Assembly (NCBI RefSeq): GCF_006345805.1
Contig: NC_043004.1
Location: 86,242,001-86,306,000 of the forward strand
DNA length: 64,000 nt
DNA from: Octopus sinensis
Taxonomy: Eukaryota
Direction: 5' to 3'
Shown here: positions 1 through 12,512 of the stretch, piece after piece
Numbering within the stretch: the first letter of the stretch is position 1
How the letters are laid out: each line of letters begins with the position of its first letter
Translations under genes and position numbers: made by a program
The notes under the pieces: generated by a model
The model's input: the letters and a program-made list of their open reading frames with translations, nothing else
Database searches by the model: none
What the model was told of the DNA's origin: nothing

Positions 1-536
1 GACTTTCTTACTATGAGCTACGAGCAAGTAGTATTGATATTGCTTTCAAATTTTGGCACAAGGCCAGCAACTTCAGATGGTGGGGAATAAGTCGGATACA
101 TTGACCCCAATTTCGACTGGTATTTATTTTATCGACTCCGAAATGACACGCAAAGTCAACCTTGATGGAATTTGAACTCAGGACGTAACGACGGACGAAG
201 TGCCACTAAGCATTTTGTCCGATATACTAACGAATATACCAGCTTACCGCCTTAATTTGTCCGTGTATATTAATACTCGAAATCAATACAAGTACATGGA
301 TACTCTATATTTTGGATAAAATGCTTCCGAAAACGTTTTTATCTTTATTTTTATTTATTTTGTTTAGTTTTATTTCTTTAATTTATTTATTTATTTATAT
401 ATTTATTTATTTATTGGATGGTATCGGTAAATAAGGAATGTACACACAAGAGAATATAAGTTCTGCTTTCCCAAAGACAGATATAGTCCATCATTTTTCC
501 GGGGTCGTACGTGCATGCATAAATACATATAAACGT

Positions 537-587
<51 letters not shown>

Positions 588-770
588 GTATGTGTGTGTA
601 TGCATATGTACATACATACGCACAGACAAACGTACATCCCAACAACATACATAATAAGTACACATACACACACCTATAAACATACATGCCTAAATACGTG
701 CGTACATACTACACATGCATATAAATACAAGCAGATTTGAATGAACATGCATACATACATACATATACAT

Positions 771-1400
771 ATTTGGCGCCCTGGGGCTCTCAAATATGTA
801 AAACACTGCCTAAATACCAATCTTGAGAAATTAGACTTCTCAAAACCAGAAAGGAAAAAGCTAATTCGAAGACTACACATGCAATCCATCACTGGAACTG
901 TAAAGATCTGTAAAACATTCCAGAAGTTTATTATTTAAATATATCTGAGCATGTCTAGATATGCAAATATATGCATGAGAATACATACAAAAAACATACA
1001 AATCTGCACATTCATACATACATACATACATACATGTATGCATGCATACATACACATATATATACATACATAGATACATATATACATACATACATATGTG
1101 CATACAAGAATACATACATTCAGACAATCAATGGAACGATAAAAATCTGTAAAACTTTCCTGAAGTTTAGTATGTAAGTGCATATGCGCATGACTAGACA
1201 TGCAACTATATGCTTGAGAATACAAGCATAAACCAAAACATGCAAATCTGCAGATGCACTGACTCCAAATACTGCAGTGTACACACAAACGTGCACAGAT
1301 ATCCTGCTGATATTGAAATTCCAATGAAGGGGCCTTAGATCGAGGTTAGAAACCGGATCTTTCTCTACTGGCAAGAAATCTTGAAATAAAACTGTATAAT
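771..1400 (+). mobile_element. Two nested or tandem 3' fragments of a second REL-type LINE family in (CATA)n
   Basis: GALKYVKHCLNTNLEKLDFSKPERKKLIRRLHMQSITGTVKICKTFQKFII* is followed by a diverged IQTINGTIKICKTFLKFSM*. The 3' UTR (GAAATTCCAATGAAGG...AGAAACCGG...GGCAAGAAATC.TGAAATAAAACTG) is shared with 51195-51720. Confidence 0.7.
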
Positions 1401-1682
1401 GACATACATACATGCATGCATGCATACATACATACAACATTTACATACATACATACATACATACATCATACATGCATGCATACAAACATACATACAACAT
1501 ACATACATACATACATACATACATACATAATCATATATTATACATACATACATTCATAAATACATACATCCATACATACATACATACATACATACATATA
1601 CATACATACATACATACATCATACACACATACATACATACATACATTCACATATACATACATTCATATATACATACATACAA
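1400..1682. repeat. (CATA)n microsatellite
   Basis: Direct reading. Confidence 0.95.
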
Positions 1683-2306
1683 TCACTTTTACAAATTTAA
1701 ATAAGAGTTTTGTCTCTAGCTTTATATAGAATCAAAAGTCCTGACTTTCACCTACGCCCAAATTTGGAAGATGCCTATTCATAAACACCAAGAGAAGCAT
1801 CTGAAACGTAGTAGCGGCAGCAGCTACTACTACTACTACTACTACTTACTACTATATGCATACTCACCCGCACACATCGTCGAGGCTGCTGGTGTGTCTT
1901 CTTTTTACCTTCGACCTACCCCGCTTCAATCTACGATATATCAACGGTTCGGCAAATGTGACCGATAAAAAGGCACCATTACACTCTTCAAAATAAATCT
2001 CTGGGGTTGATTTGTTTGTCGAAAATCTTCAAACCATTGCCCCAGCCTGGACGCGGATCAGCAACTGAAACAAGTGAACGATAAAGACATTCATATATAT
2101 ATATATATATATATATAGGGACAATTCACAAAAACAAAGCAAAACACGAAGACAGGTGGTGTAGACAACAAACATGTATTAGTTTAACGCTCGGGAAGAT
2201 AAAGGTTTTTAACGTTTCGAGCCTACGCTCTTCCACAGAAAGAAACACAGAAAGAAACAAGGAGAGAAAATAAAGAATGTGTAGTGGCTAGCGAGCTATC
2301 ATGGCT

Positions 2307-2345
<39 letters not shown>

Positions 2346-3224
2346 ACACACACACACACATACACACATACACACATACACACATACACACATACGTATT
2401 GTTATTGATGCGCTGAATGTACAAGTGACCATAGACATTAAGATTCAATTTCAGCCAGCGTTAAACTCCACACTGGTGTAATGCTGGTCTTTGAAGAGTC
2501 AGTACTGACTCGGACTATAATGTGGTATCAAAAGCCACATATTTGCATAAAAAGGGCAAAACGAAGGGAGGAAACAAATTCTTGATATTTCAGATATTAT
2601 GTGCCTTTTCAATTATCAATAATCAAATCGATTAACAATCATCTGATGACAGAATGTAAATATGAGACCTATAACAGTGTTCTCGTTATATATAGCAAAC
2701 GAGTGTGTGTGTGTGTGTGTGTATATGTAAGGTGGCGAGCTGGCAGAATCGTTAGCACGCTGTGCATAATGCTTAGCTGCATTTTGTTTGTCTTTTCGTT
2801 CTGAGTTCAAATTCCACCGAGGTGGACTTTGCCCTTCATCCTTCCGATGTCGATAGAATAAGTACAATGTGAGCGCTGAGTACGATGTAATCGACTTACC
2901 TTCCCACACAAAACCCGAAATTGTCGATGCTGGCTTTTCTTTTACATTCTTGTAACCTAGCGGTTCTGCAAAAAATGCATGTGATCAATACCAACTGCTA
3001 AGCTAAAACTTATAAATACTGGGGTCGATTTTTTCAACTAAACACTTCAAGGCGATGCCTCATCATGTGTGAAACAAATAAAAGAATAAAATACTATTTT
3101 TATTTATTATTCTGTTCATTTATTCTGTATTATTTCGCCTGCCTTTGGTTAACTTGAGCATTGTTTAACTCTGTTTACCTCTAAACGCCATGCCTAAACA
3201 TATAACTATTGTTTATCACAACTT

Positions 3225-3782
3225 CAGCGTTTGAGTGGATTTGGTAGACGGAAACTGAAAGAAGCCTGTGTGTGTGTGTATATGTATGTTTGTGTGTCTG
3301 TGTTTGTCCCCCCAACCTCGCTTGACCATCGATGCTGGTGTGTTTAAGTCCCCGTAACTTAGTGGTTCGGCAAAAGGGACCTATAGAATAAGTACTATGT
3401 TTACAATGAATAATTCCTTGGGTCGACTTGTTTGCCTAAAGGCAGTGCTCCAGCATGGCTGCAGTCAAATGACTGAAACAAGTAAAAGAATAAAAGAATA
3501 TATATATATATATATAGTTTTTAAGGCTGGAGCTCGAAGTACATAAAGCTATAAATAAAAGCATGCAAATATTGAATTAAAATATAACCTTGGGTGGGAA
3601 AACATCGAAGGATCTCCTTGGGGTGCGAACCCACATCTTCAATAGTCTTATCTGCTTCGAGTTACACCGTTGAAAACGATTCCTCTTATGTCTTTCAAAG
3701 TTTCTGAATCCTTGTATATTGAACACAGTATATATATAAGTATATGTATGCATGTACGTATGTATGTGCATGTATGAATGTA

Positions 3783-3818
<36 letters not shown>

Positions 3819-4610
3819 TGTGTATCTAACCTACACTCCGTCGGTCACGACGACGAGGGTTCCAGCCTGCTCGTGAAATTAACGTGCAAGTCGCCGAACA
3901 CTCCACAGACACGTCTACTCTCAGGTAGTTTCAGCATGATACAAAGTGTGACAAGGCTGACCCTTAAAAATTACAGGTACAACTCGTTTTTGTCAGCTGA
4001 GTGGACTGCAGCAATGTGAAATAAAGTGTCTTGTTCAAGGACAAAAATCGTCACCGGGAATTGAACTCACGACGTTACGATCGTGAGCCTAATACCATAA
4101 CCACTAACCCATACACCTTCACACACACACACACACACACCACACAAATATGTGTGTTTGCTTGTATTCTTTTTTCTTTTATTTGTTCCAGTCAAAACTT
4201 ATTATTTGTAAGCCTAGTACATATTCTATCGATCCTTTTTTTCTGAACCACTAAGTTACGTAAACACACCAACATCGGTTGTCAAGCGATGGTGGGGGGG
4301 ACAAAGACAGACATACAAACACACATACATATATATATGTATATATACACATGCATATATATAAATATATATCTATATATACATGTATTATAAATATATA
4401 TATATATATACGATGGGCTTTTTCAGTTTCCGTCTACCAAATCCACTTGAAAAGCTTTAGTCGGCTCGAGGCTCAAGTAGAAGACACCTACCCACGGTGC
4501 GACGCAGTGGGACTGAACCCAGAACCCTGTGGCGTGTAAGCAAGCTACTTACCACGCAGCCTCTCTTGCGCCTTTATGTATATATGTAAGCGTATACATG
4601 CACACACTCA

Positions 4611-4662
<52 letters not shown>

Positions 4663-4693
4663 ACACACCCACACCACACACTCACAACATACA

Positions 4694-4761
<68 letters not shown>

Positions 4762-5722
4762 GCGCATACAATGTGTTAAAATACGTTCAAAGACGTATAT
4801 TAGATACAAATACATTGATCCTCAGAAGAGATCGAATATCTATAATCGAACGTCACATCATAGGGGAGGTACGTAGGTAAGTCAGATAAACGTGTGTTGG
4901 CTACAGAAAACGCATCCGTCGAACAAATGAATTTCGTTCCCCTCTGTGATTTTCGCGAATGAATACCAAAGATATTTCCCTATCTACGAAGAACTACTTT
5001 GGACTGTCTTACTGCTTTCAGCGTAATTATATATATATATGGACATAGGCCCAGGCTTGGATATGTGGTTCCAGAAACTCGCTTTGCAATCACATGGCCC
5101 CAAGTTCAGTCCCACTACGCAGCACCTTGGTTGAGAGTCTTCTACGGGTGAGAGTCTTCCACTGGTCCACCAGTGACTTGTGGATAAATTTGGTAGACGG
5201 AAATCGTATAGATGCCCGCCGTATATATTTTTTTATCTTTTACTTGTTTTCAGACATTAGACTGCGGCCATATTGGGACACTGCCTTCAAGAATTTTTAG
5301 TCGAATACTTATTTTTTTATTTTGTTAATTCTGGTACTTATTTTATCGATCAGTTTTACCGAACTGCTAGGCTACGCGGATATAAACACATCAACATCAG
5401 TTGTCAAGACAGAGACGGGCTTCTTTCAGTATCAGTCATCCAAATCCACCCGAGACTATAGTCGAAATCACTCGCCGAAGGTTACCTAGTAGTAGGACTG
5501 AACCCGGAACGATGTGGTTGGGAAGCAAGTTTCTTACCACACAGCCACTCCTATGTGTATATGTGTGTGTGTGTGTGTGTGGTGTGTGCGTGTGTGTGTG
5601 TAAATAGAGAGAGAAGAGAGAGACAGACAGATAGATAGAGAGAGGGAGAAGGGGGAGAGATAGGTAGATGAGACAGACATAGACAGACAGACAGATAGAT
5701 AGACGAACAGAGATAGATAGAT

Positions 5723-5778
<56 letters not shown>

Positions 5779-5880
5779 ATAGATAGATGTGTGTGTGTTT
5801 CCCCACTACCAATTGACAGCCGGTGTCGGTTTCTATGCAGTCCCTTAACTAAAAGACTGGCATAAGTACCAGAATATAAA
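3225..5880. mobile_element. Cluster of partial SINE-A copies in the kinase-gene intron
   Basis: Approximate copies: 3225-3500 (+), 4185-4560 (-), 5040-5220 (+), 5245-5555 (-), 5770-5880 (+). Confidence 0.75.
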
Positions 5881-6075
5881 ACAAACAAGCACCGGAGAAG
5901 ATTTATTTTAGCAAACCCTTTAATGCGGGGCCCCCACACGCCCAAGGCTCAATGACTTAGTAAGAGAAGAAATGAAGATATTTGTGTAATGTATTTATAA
6001 ACGTTTTTATGTCATTAGCAATCACCTGAGCATCTTCAGTTACATATATGTTTGTGTATACACATATACATATAT

Positions 6076-6150
<75 letters not shown>

Positions 6151-6274
6151 CACATACATGTGTGCTTGTGTGTGTTTGTGTGTGTGTGTGTGTGTGTAGA
6201 GGTTTCACTCAGTTCCAGATGATTTGAAGTTTCGTCGGTGCTTGGGATACGTCGTAGAAGCAGAGTCTCTGCCC

Positions 6275-6331
6275 CTAGCATCTGATGAGGTAGAGGTGTC
6301 CTACACGCCCACGAAACTTCAAGTCATGTAG
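6275..6331 (+). ncRNA. Candidate type I hammerhead ribozyme in the intron upstream of the kinase exon
   Basis: CTA-g-CAT / CTGATGA (6282-6288) / stem II / GAA-ACT-tca-AGT / C (6325) / ATG-TAG. Core intact; stem II imperfect. Confidence 0.5.
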
Positions 6332-6507
6332 CGGTGTGTCAAACTGTCATCAAAAATATAATTCCTTCCGAATGTGTTGAGCGCTACTTTCTTTAGCTTG
6401 TTCACTCCCTTGTGAGTGTGTGTGTGTGTGTGTGTGCCTGTGTATGTAAATTCAAATGCCTTTGTCGTTTTCTATCTTTAATGAGGTATTTTTCGATCTC
6501 TTTTCAG

Positions 6508-7679
6508 ATACCAACGCAGTTACACCATCTTCAAGGCATAAACCAACACGTTTATCCCTGATGAATATTTTCATCATTACAGTTGTTGTATCTCTTGGAG
6601 TAATGGTGCTCGCAGTGATCTTCATCCTCTGTTACCAAGTGTTCTTTGGTAGTCAAGGTACGAAGTACAAATCAACACCTCAAGATGATTTGGATATTGA
6701 TTTGGACAGGTTACCGCAAAATATGTCTTATCATCGCATGAAAGGTAGCAGAAAAAATGCGAAAATCGAAGCCATGGAGTACCCACGGAATGACATTCTT
6801 TACATAAGGGATATAGGCCAAGGTGCATTCGGCCGTGTATTTAAAGCCAAAGCTGCCAATATAGTGAAGGGCGAAGAATTAACGTTGGTTGCAGTGAAAA
6901 TGCTCAAGGACGATGCCTCTGACGATCTGATGCAAGACTTTGAACGTGAAGCTACACTTATGGCAGAGTTTGATCATCAAAACATTGTGAAACTTCTCGG
7001 CGTATGTGCTATTGGAAAACCTATGTGCCTTTTGTTTGAGTACATGACAAAAGGGGACTTAAACGAATTTCTTCGGCTTAGCAGCCCAGAACAGTTTATT
7101 GTCTATCGAAGGCCTGTTGATAAGACAGATACAGATAGACCAAAAATCGATCACTGCGATTTGTTGTATCTTACAAGGCAGATAGCAAACGGAATGGTTT
7201 ATGTTTCAAATAAAGGTTATGTCCACAGAGATCTAGCAACGAGAAACTGTCTTGTAGGAGATAATTTGACTGTAAAAATATCGGATTTCGGTCTTGCTAG
7301 AAATGTGCACAGTGTAGACTATTATAAAGGCAGTGAACATGATGCCATCCCAATTCGGTGGATGCCGTTAGAGACAATTCTAAACAATAAATTCACGATT
7401 GAATCTGATGTTTGGTCATTTGGTGTGGTGATGTGGGAAATATTCTCTTTTGCTTTACAGCCTTACTATGGCATGGCACACGAAGAAGTAGTGAAATACG
7501 TCAAAGACGGTAAAGTATTGGCATGTCCGGACGATTGCCCCTTGGAGATTTATGATCTCATGCGCCTCTGCTGGAGTCGAAAACACGTTAATCGGCCATC
7601 CTTCGAAAGCCTATACAAATCTTTAAACGCACTGCATAGTCGCTATTTACTGGAAAAACGGCTTAAAGAAGTTGTATAA
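6508..7679 (+). CDS. MUSK: Terminal coding exon of a MuSK/Nrk-type receptor tyrosine kinase (transmembrane helix, juxtamembrane region and complete kinase domain)
   Basis: Pyrimidine tract and TTTTCAG acceptor end at 6507 (phase 1); the ORF-track start at 6456 is intronic. TM helix [23 protein letters not shown]. Kinase motifs [78 protein letters not shown] and [11 protein letters not shown] match vertebrate MuSK as I recall it. Stop TAA at 7677-7679. Extracellular exons were not found in the window. Confidence 0.92.
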
Positions 7680-8532
7680 TCGAAACATACCCCTCGCAGT
7701 TGGGAGGGGTACGGCTAAAGATGAGGTGAAATAAAAATGAGAAATAAGGGGAGGATGACGTGCAAGAATTGGTGCAAGAAAAACGCAAAAGCATTTGAGA
7801 AGACACAAGAAAGATTCAGAAGCAATCTGTTGAATTACTGGGACCGTTTCATCCAGTTTGGGATTTATTCTTAAGAAATTGTCTCTGCGGACATCACATA
7901 TTGTCAATATTGATGATCATTGTTAAATAAAACTCTAGAATTTTCCTTCTCGAATCATCACCATAAAAGTTTTATACGAACTTGCATCTTGCACAAGAAT
8001 AGTTTCAATATGCATTAACATGCTGTAGAGAGCTATTCTTTCTGACAGTATAGGAGTGTGTAGGATACGGTCGTGAGTGACACTATTAAACAATGGACAG
8101 AGAACACAGTCATAGTAGAGTTATATATTTACATACACAGCAATGGCACCTTTGTGTATGCGAAAAAAACTGTAAGAAGTTTTGAAGTTTACTTTCTATA
8201 TTTTGCTGTTTTTTTTTTCTCCTTTTTTTTTTTCACGTCAGAACTTCTTTCAGCGTTGCAAATTGTACGACGCCATTGTAAAATGTCACTGAATCGGTAT
8301 AGAACGGTGCAAAGCATGACATTTGCATACCTATATAACGCTGACGATGTATAGCCTCGATTGTAATATATCTGCCTTATACGACCCGCTATTGCAACAT
8401 ATACTCATGTATATATAACTATATATATATATATGTATACATACATATATACTTATATAATCATATTATGTGTATGTATATATGTATAGATATATATATG
8501 TATACATACATACATACATACAACATACATAT

Positions 8533-8579
<47 letters not shown>

Positions 8580-8832
8580 TATATATATGTATGTATACTA
8601 TATATATAGTTCATCGCATTGTGCGGCCGTATGAAGGATGGCGTGTTGTATGCACATGACAATGGCATATAAAAGCATTGTTTTTGGATGGCATTATAGT
8701 TGCAGACAGACAGTCGACAAACAGAATCTCTCTTTCGCGGAAAGAAAATAAGAATGAAAAGATTAACAAAAAAAAAAAGAAAGAAAGCAGAAAGAGAGAA
8801 AAAAATAAACGTTAAAAGAACAATAAAATAAA
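7680..8832 (+). promoter_or_regulatory. Probable 3' UTR of the kinase gene with candidate polyadenylation signals
   Basis: Mostly unique sequence after the stop. AATAAA at 7730-7735, 8804-8809 and 8822-8832. The actual cleavage site cannot be determined. Confidence 0.45.
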
Positions 8833-8989
8833 ACAAGGAGATAAAAACAAAAAAAGAAATATATTCTGTTTACTTATATTACACGAAGAAAGAATTCAAA
8901 TTCTTCCTTGTCCAAGTTGATAAATATAAACACACACGCACGCACACATGTGCATACACATACACAAACACACACACACACTCGTGTGT

Positions 8990-9027
8990 GTGGTATATAT
9001 TATATATATGCGCATAAATAAATAATA

Positions 9028-9067
<40 letters not shown>

Positions 9068-9101
9068 TATAAATAAATAAATATAATATATATATATTAT
9101 A

Positions 9102-9175
<74 letters not shown>

Positions 9176-9296
9176 GTGCACGTACGCGCTCATAAAGAGG
9201 TGTATAAACATGTTTTTATGCACATGAATGCGTATATCTACATACACATATATGCGCATACGTATACACGCACACGCGCACACACGTGGTATTGTA

Positions 9297-9345
<49 letters not shown>

Positions 9346-9477
9346 TAGGTACATGCATACATATATACATATATATATATATATTTATATGTATGCTTGT
9401 ATCAACTCCAATACGGAAAAGGAAGAACAATCGATGGAAGTACTCCGAGAACGAAGTATAATAATAATAATAATGAT

Positions 9478-9542
<65 letters not shown>

Positions 9543-9690
9543 TCACAATATAATAAACACGAATATCTTCTGTTTCGTATCTCTTTTAAAAGGACACTGT
9601 CTAATCGTTTGTGTTTACATATATATATATACATATATATATATATGTTTATGTTTATGTACATATGTACATACATGCATATATGCTAAT
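8990..9690. repeat. Compound (TA)n / (TAA)n microsatellite block
   Basis: Direct reading. Confidence 0.95.
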
Positions 9691-9932
9691 TAATATATGT
9701 TAATTAATGTTGTCAAGCCATTAATCAGCACCTTTTGTTGACTGTTTTCCTTCTTTATTTTATTTTTTTTTTATCCTCTGTCTCTTGTGTCCCAATGGAA
9801 GACTTCAAGCCGTCTGGCTGTAAACACACGCAAAGACGAAGTTGATGCGGCGGTTACACTTCATGTTGTTGCTGTTGGTTGTTACTGTTGATGATGCTAT
9901 TGCCAATATCATTGTTATAATTATTATTATTT

Positions 9933-9967
<35 letters not shown>

Positions 9968-10174
9968 ATGGTTACTGTTATTACTTCGGAAAGAGATAAA
10001 GGCTGCTAATATTCTTTTCCCTTTTTTTTTTGGCGTCGCTGCCGATCCCTCCGACATTTTTGGCATTCCCCCCCGCCTCTTTGATGACATAGCATATTTC
10101 TTGCCTATTTTAGAAATATAACACTAACCAACACTAACCATTCTTATTTCAAGTTATCATTATCATCATTAACG

Positions 10175-11215
10175 TTTCGAGCTAGCAGAATCGTTAGCAC
10201 GCCAGTCAAAATGCTGAGCAGCATTTCGTCCATCTTTTCGTTATGAGTTCAAGCCCGCCAAAATTAATTTTTCAGTTTATCTTTTCGGGTCAATAAAATA
10301 AGTATTAGTTGATCACTGGGTTCGATGTAATCGACTTACCCACCATTCCAAAATTGCTGGCCTTGTGCCAAAATTTTAAATCAATATTATCATTAAGCTT
10401 GCATAATCGTTAGCACAGCAGTCAAAATGTTTCGCAGCATTATGAGTTCAAATTCCTCTGAGGTGCGCTTTGCTTTCACCAGTTTGAGATCGATAAAATA
10501 AAGTACCATTTGAGCTCTAGGGTCGCTATAATCGACAAGCCATTTCCCATAAGATTTCAGGTCTAGCCTAGAGTAGAAAAGATTATTATAGTTAAGGCGG
10601 TGAGCTGGCAGAAACAATAGCACGCCGGGCGAAATGCTTAGCGGTATTTCGTCTGCCGCAACGTTCTGAGTTCAAATTCCGCCGAGATCGATTTTGTCTT
10701 TCATCCTTTCGGGGTCGATTAAATAAGTACCAGTTACGCACTGGGGTCGATATAATCGACTTAACCCGTTTGTCTGTCTTGGTTTGTCCCCTCTGTGTGT
10801 AGCCCCTTGTGGGCAGTAAAGAAATAAGAATTGTTATAATGCTGGACAAAAGGGCTAACGGCATTTCCTCCGCCTTTGCATCCTGAGTTCAAATGCAGCC
10901 AAGGCTAATTTTGCCTTTCATCCTTCTCTACCACTTGAGCACAGGGATTGATGTAATGGACGAGCCCTTCAACGAAATTGCTGGCCTTGCACCAAAATTT
11001 GAAACCAATATTTCATGTGCTGGCAGAATCGTTAGCATGAAGGGCAAAATGCATAGCGTCATTTCGTCCGTCTTTACGCCCTGAGTTCAAATTCCGCCGA
11101 GGTTACTTTGTCTTACATGGACATCAGCTAATAACTCACTCGGGTCGATGTAATCGACTAACGCCCTTCCTCAAAATTTCAGGTTTTGTGTTTATAGTAA
11201 AAAGGATCATTATTA
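10175..11215 (+). mobile_element. Tandem array of about 6 SINE family B copies (tRNA-like head, (ATT)n tail)
   Basis: Repeated GAGCTGGCAGAA.CGTTAGCACG...GTTCTGAGTTCAAATTCC...GGGGTCGAT.TAATCGAC units, head to tail. Confidence 0.85.
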
Positions 11216-11221
11216 TCTTTC

Positions 11222-11523
11222 GGCATTACTTTAGTGTATACAAGTTGCTTCCAAGTCTCTGCCAGACACATCAAGAGACAACAAGGTTTTGCATCCAAAA
11301 ATGCTAACAGGTGAGGTGTCATGCTGTTGAAATCACTGCTGTCTGTGAGAGAAAAAGAGATATAATCTATAATTAGTAAGGCTGCATTTACATGAGGTGG
11401 AACTTACGTAGAACATGTGAGGTGCTCATAGTAAAGTTTTCTGCAATTTGCTTATACGTAGGGCCTGCCAGAGATTTGTTCTACGTATCTTTTTGCTCCT
11501 CTTGATATCATTCTAACTACCCC
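11222..11523 (-). mobile_element. Old, decayed Dong/R4 3' fragment
   Basis: 3' UTR motif CAAGTTGCTTCCAAGTCTC...CAAGAGACAACA. The minus strand gives (V)RMISRGAKRYVEQISGRP and MSTSHVLRK, homologous to the 55928-56167 copy. The 5' junction is in TAA/TTA at 11524. Confidence 0.7.
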
Positions 11524-11667
11524 AATAATAATAATAATTATTATTTACTTTTAATCTGCATTTTTGTTACAATCACTCGCCGAGTCACACCCAGCGTCCT
11601 GGGGCGAGTGAAGGATAAGAGATGTTACAGTATCACTGGAAGATTATTATTATTATTATCATTATTA

Positions 11668-11758
<91 letters not shown>

Positions 11759-11801
11759 GTCACCTTCTATTTCGAGCTTTCAGTGCACTACAGAAAATAA
11801 C

Positions 11802-11854
<53 letters not shown>

Positions 11855-12077
11855 TTGTTTGTGTGAGTGTGTATGCGTGCAACTAATAGTTGCAGTGTGT
11901 GTTTTTTTTTAAGTTTATATTTTCTATTTTTTCGAAACTACTCTATATACGCAGCGCATTAACTGCAGTAGTTTGCAATATGTGCATATCTGTGAGTACT
12001 GAGTGCGTTTTGGTTAAGAATTTTCCAGCACTTTTTTTTTATAAATCATTCCCATATAACTATTATATCATTGGTTA

Positions 12078-12123
12078 TTTTGGTTATCTCTATTTCAAGA
12101 TCTTTATAGTGGGCTAATTTCTC
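12078..12123 (-). mobile_element. Tiny REL-LINE coding remnant
   Basis: Minus strand encodes EKLAHYKDLEIEITK, compared with EKLSKYKDLEIEITR in the full-length element. Confidence 0.55.
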
Positions 12124-12224
12124 AAATCGGGACTGATTCAGTGATTAAGAGGAACTTTATTTACTGTATGTTCTTAACAGCAATATCGATCTCATTATCT
12201 TGATCTGCTTGCATAAGTGGATCG

Positions 12225-12451
12225 ATGAGCTGGCAGAATACTTAACACGCCGGACAAAATGCTTAGCGGCATTTCGTCCGTCTTCACGTTTTGAGTTCAA
12301 ATTCCATCGAGATCGATTTTGCCCTTCATCCTTTCAGGTTCGAAAAAATAAGTACCACCTGAATGCTGGGGTCGATATAATCGATTTACACTTACCTCTT
12401 TCCTGAAAATGCTGGCCTTGTAACAAAATTTGAAACCATTATTATTATTGC

Positions 12452-12512
<61 letters not shown>

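Noticed and set aside
2496-2511. Perfect 16-bp palindrome GAGTCAGTACTGACTC
   Set aside because: About one such palindrome is expected by chance in 64 kb.
6456-6507. ORF-track start [17 protein letters not shown]
   Set aside because: This stretch is the polypyrimidine tract and AG acceptor; the protein is a receptor needing upstream extracellular exons.
9854-10090. ORF MSSKRRGGMPK... as a gene start
   Set aside because: It runs into a (CAA)n/(TAA)n array and crosses homopolymer runs; no recognisable domain.
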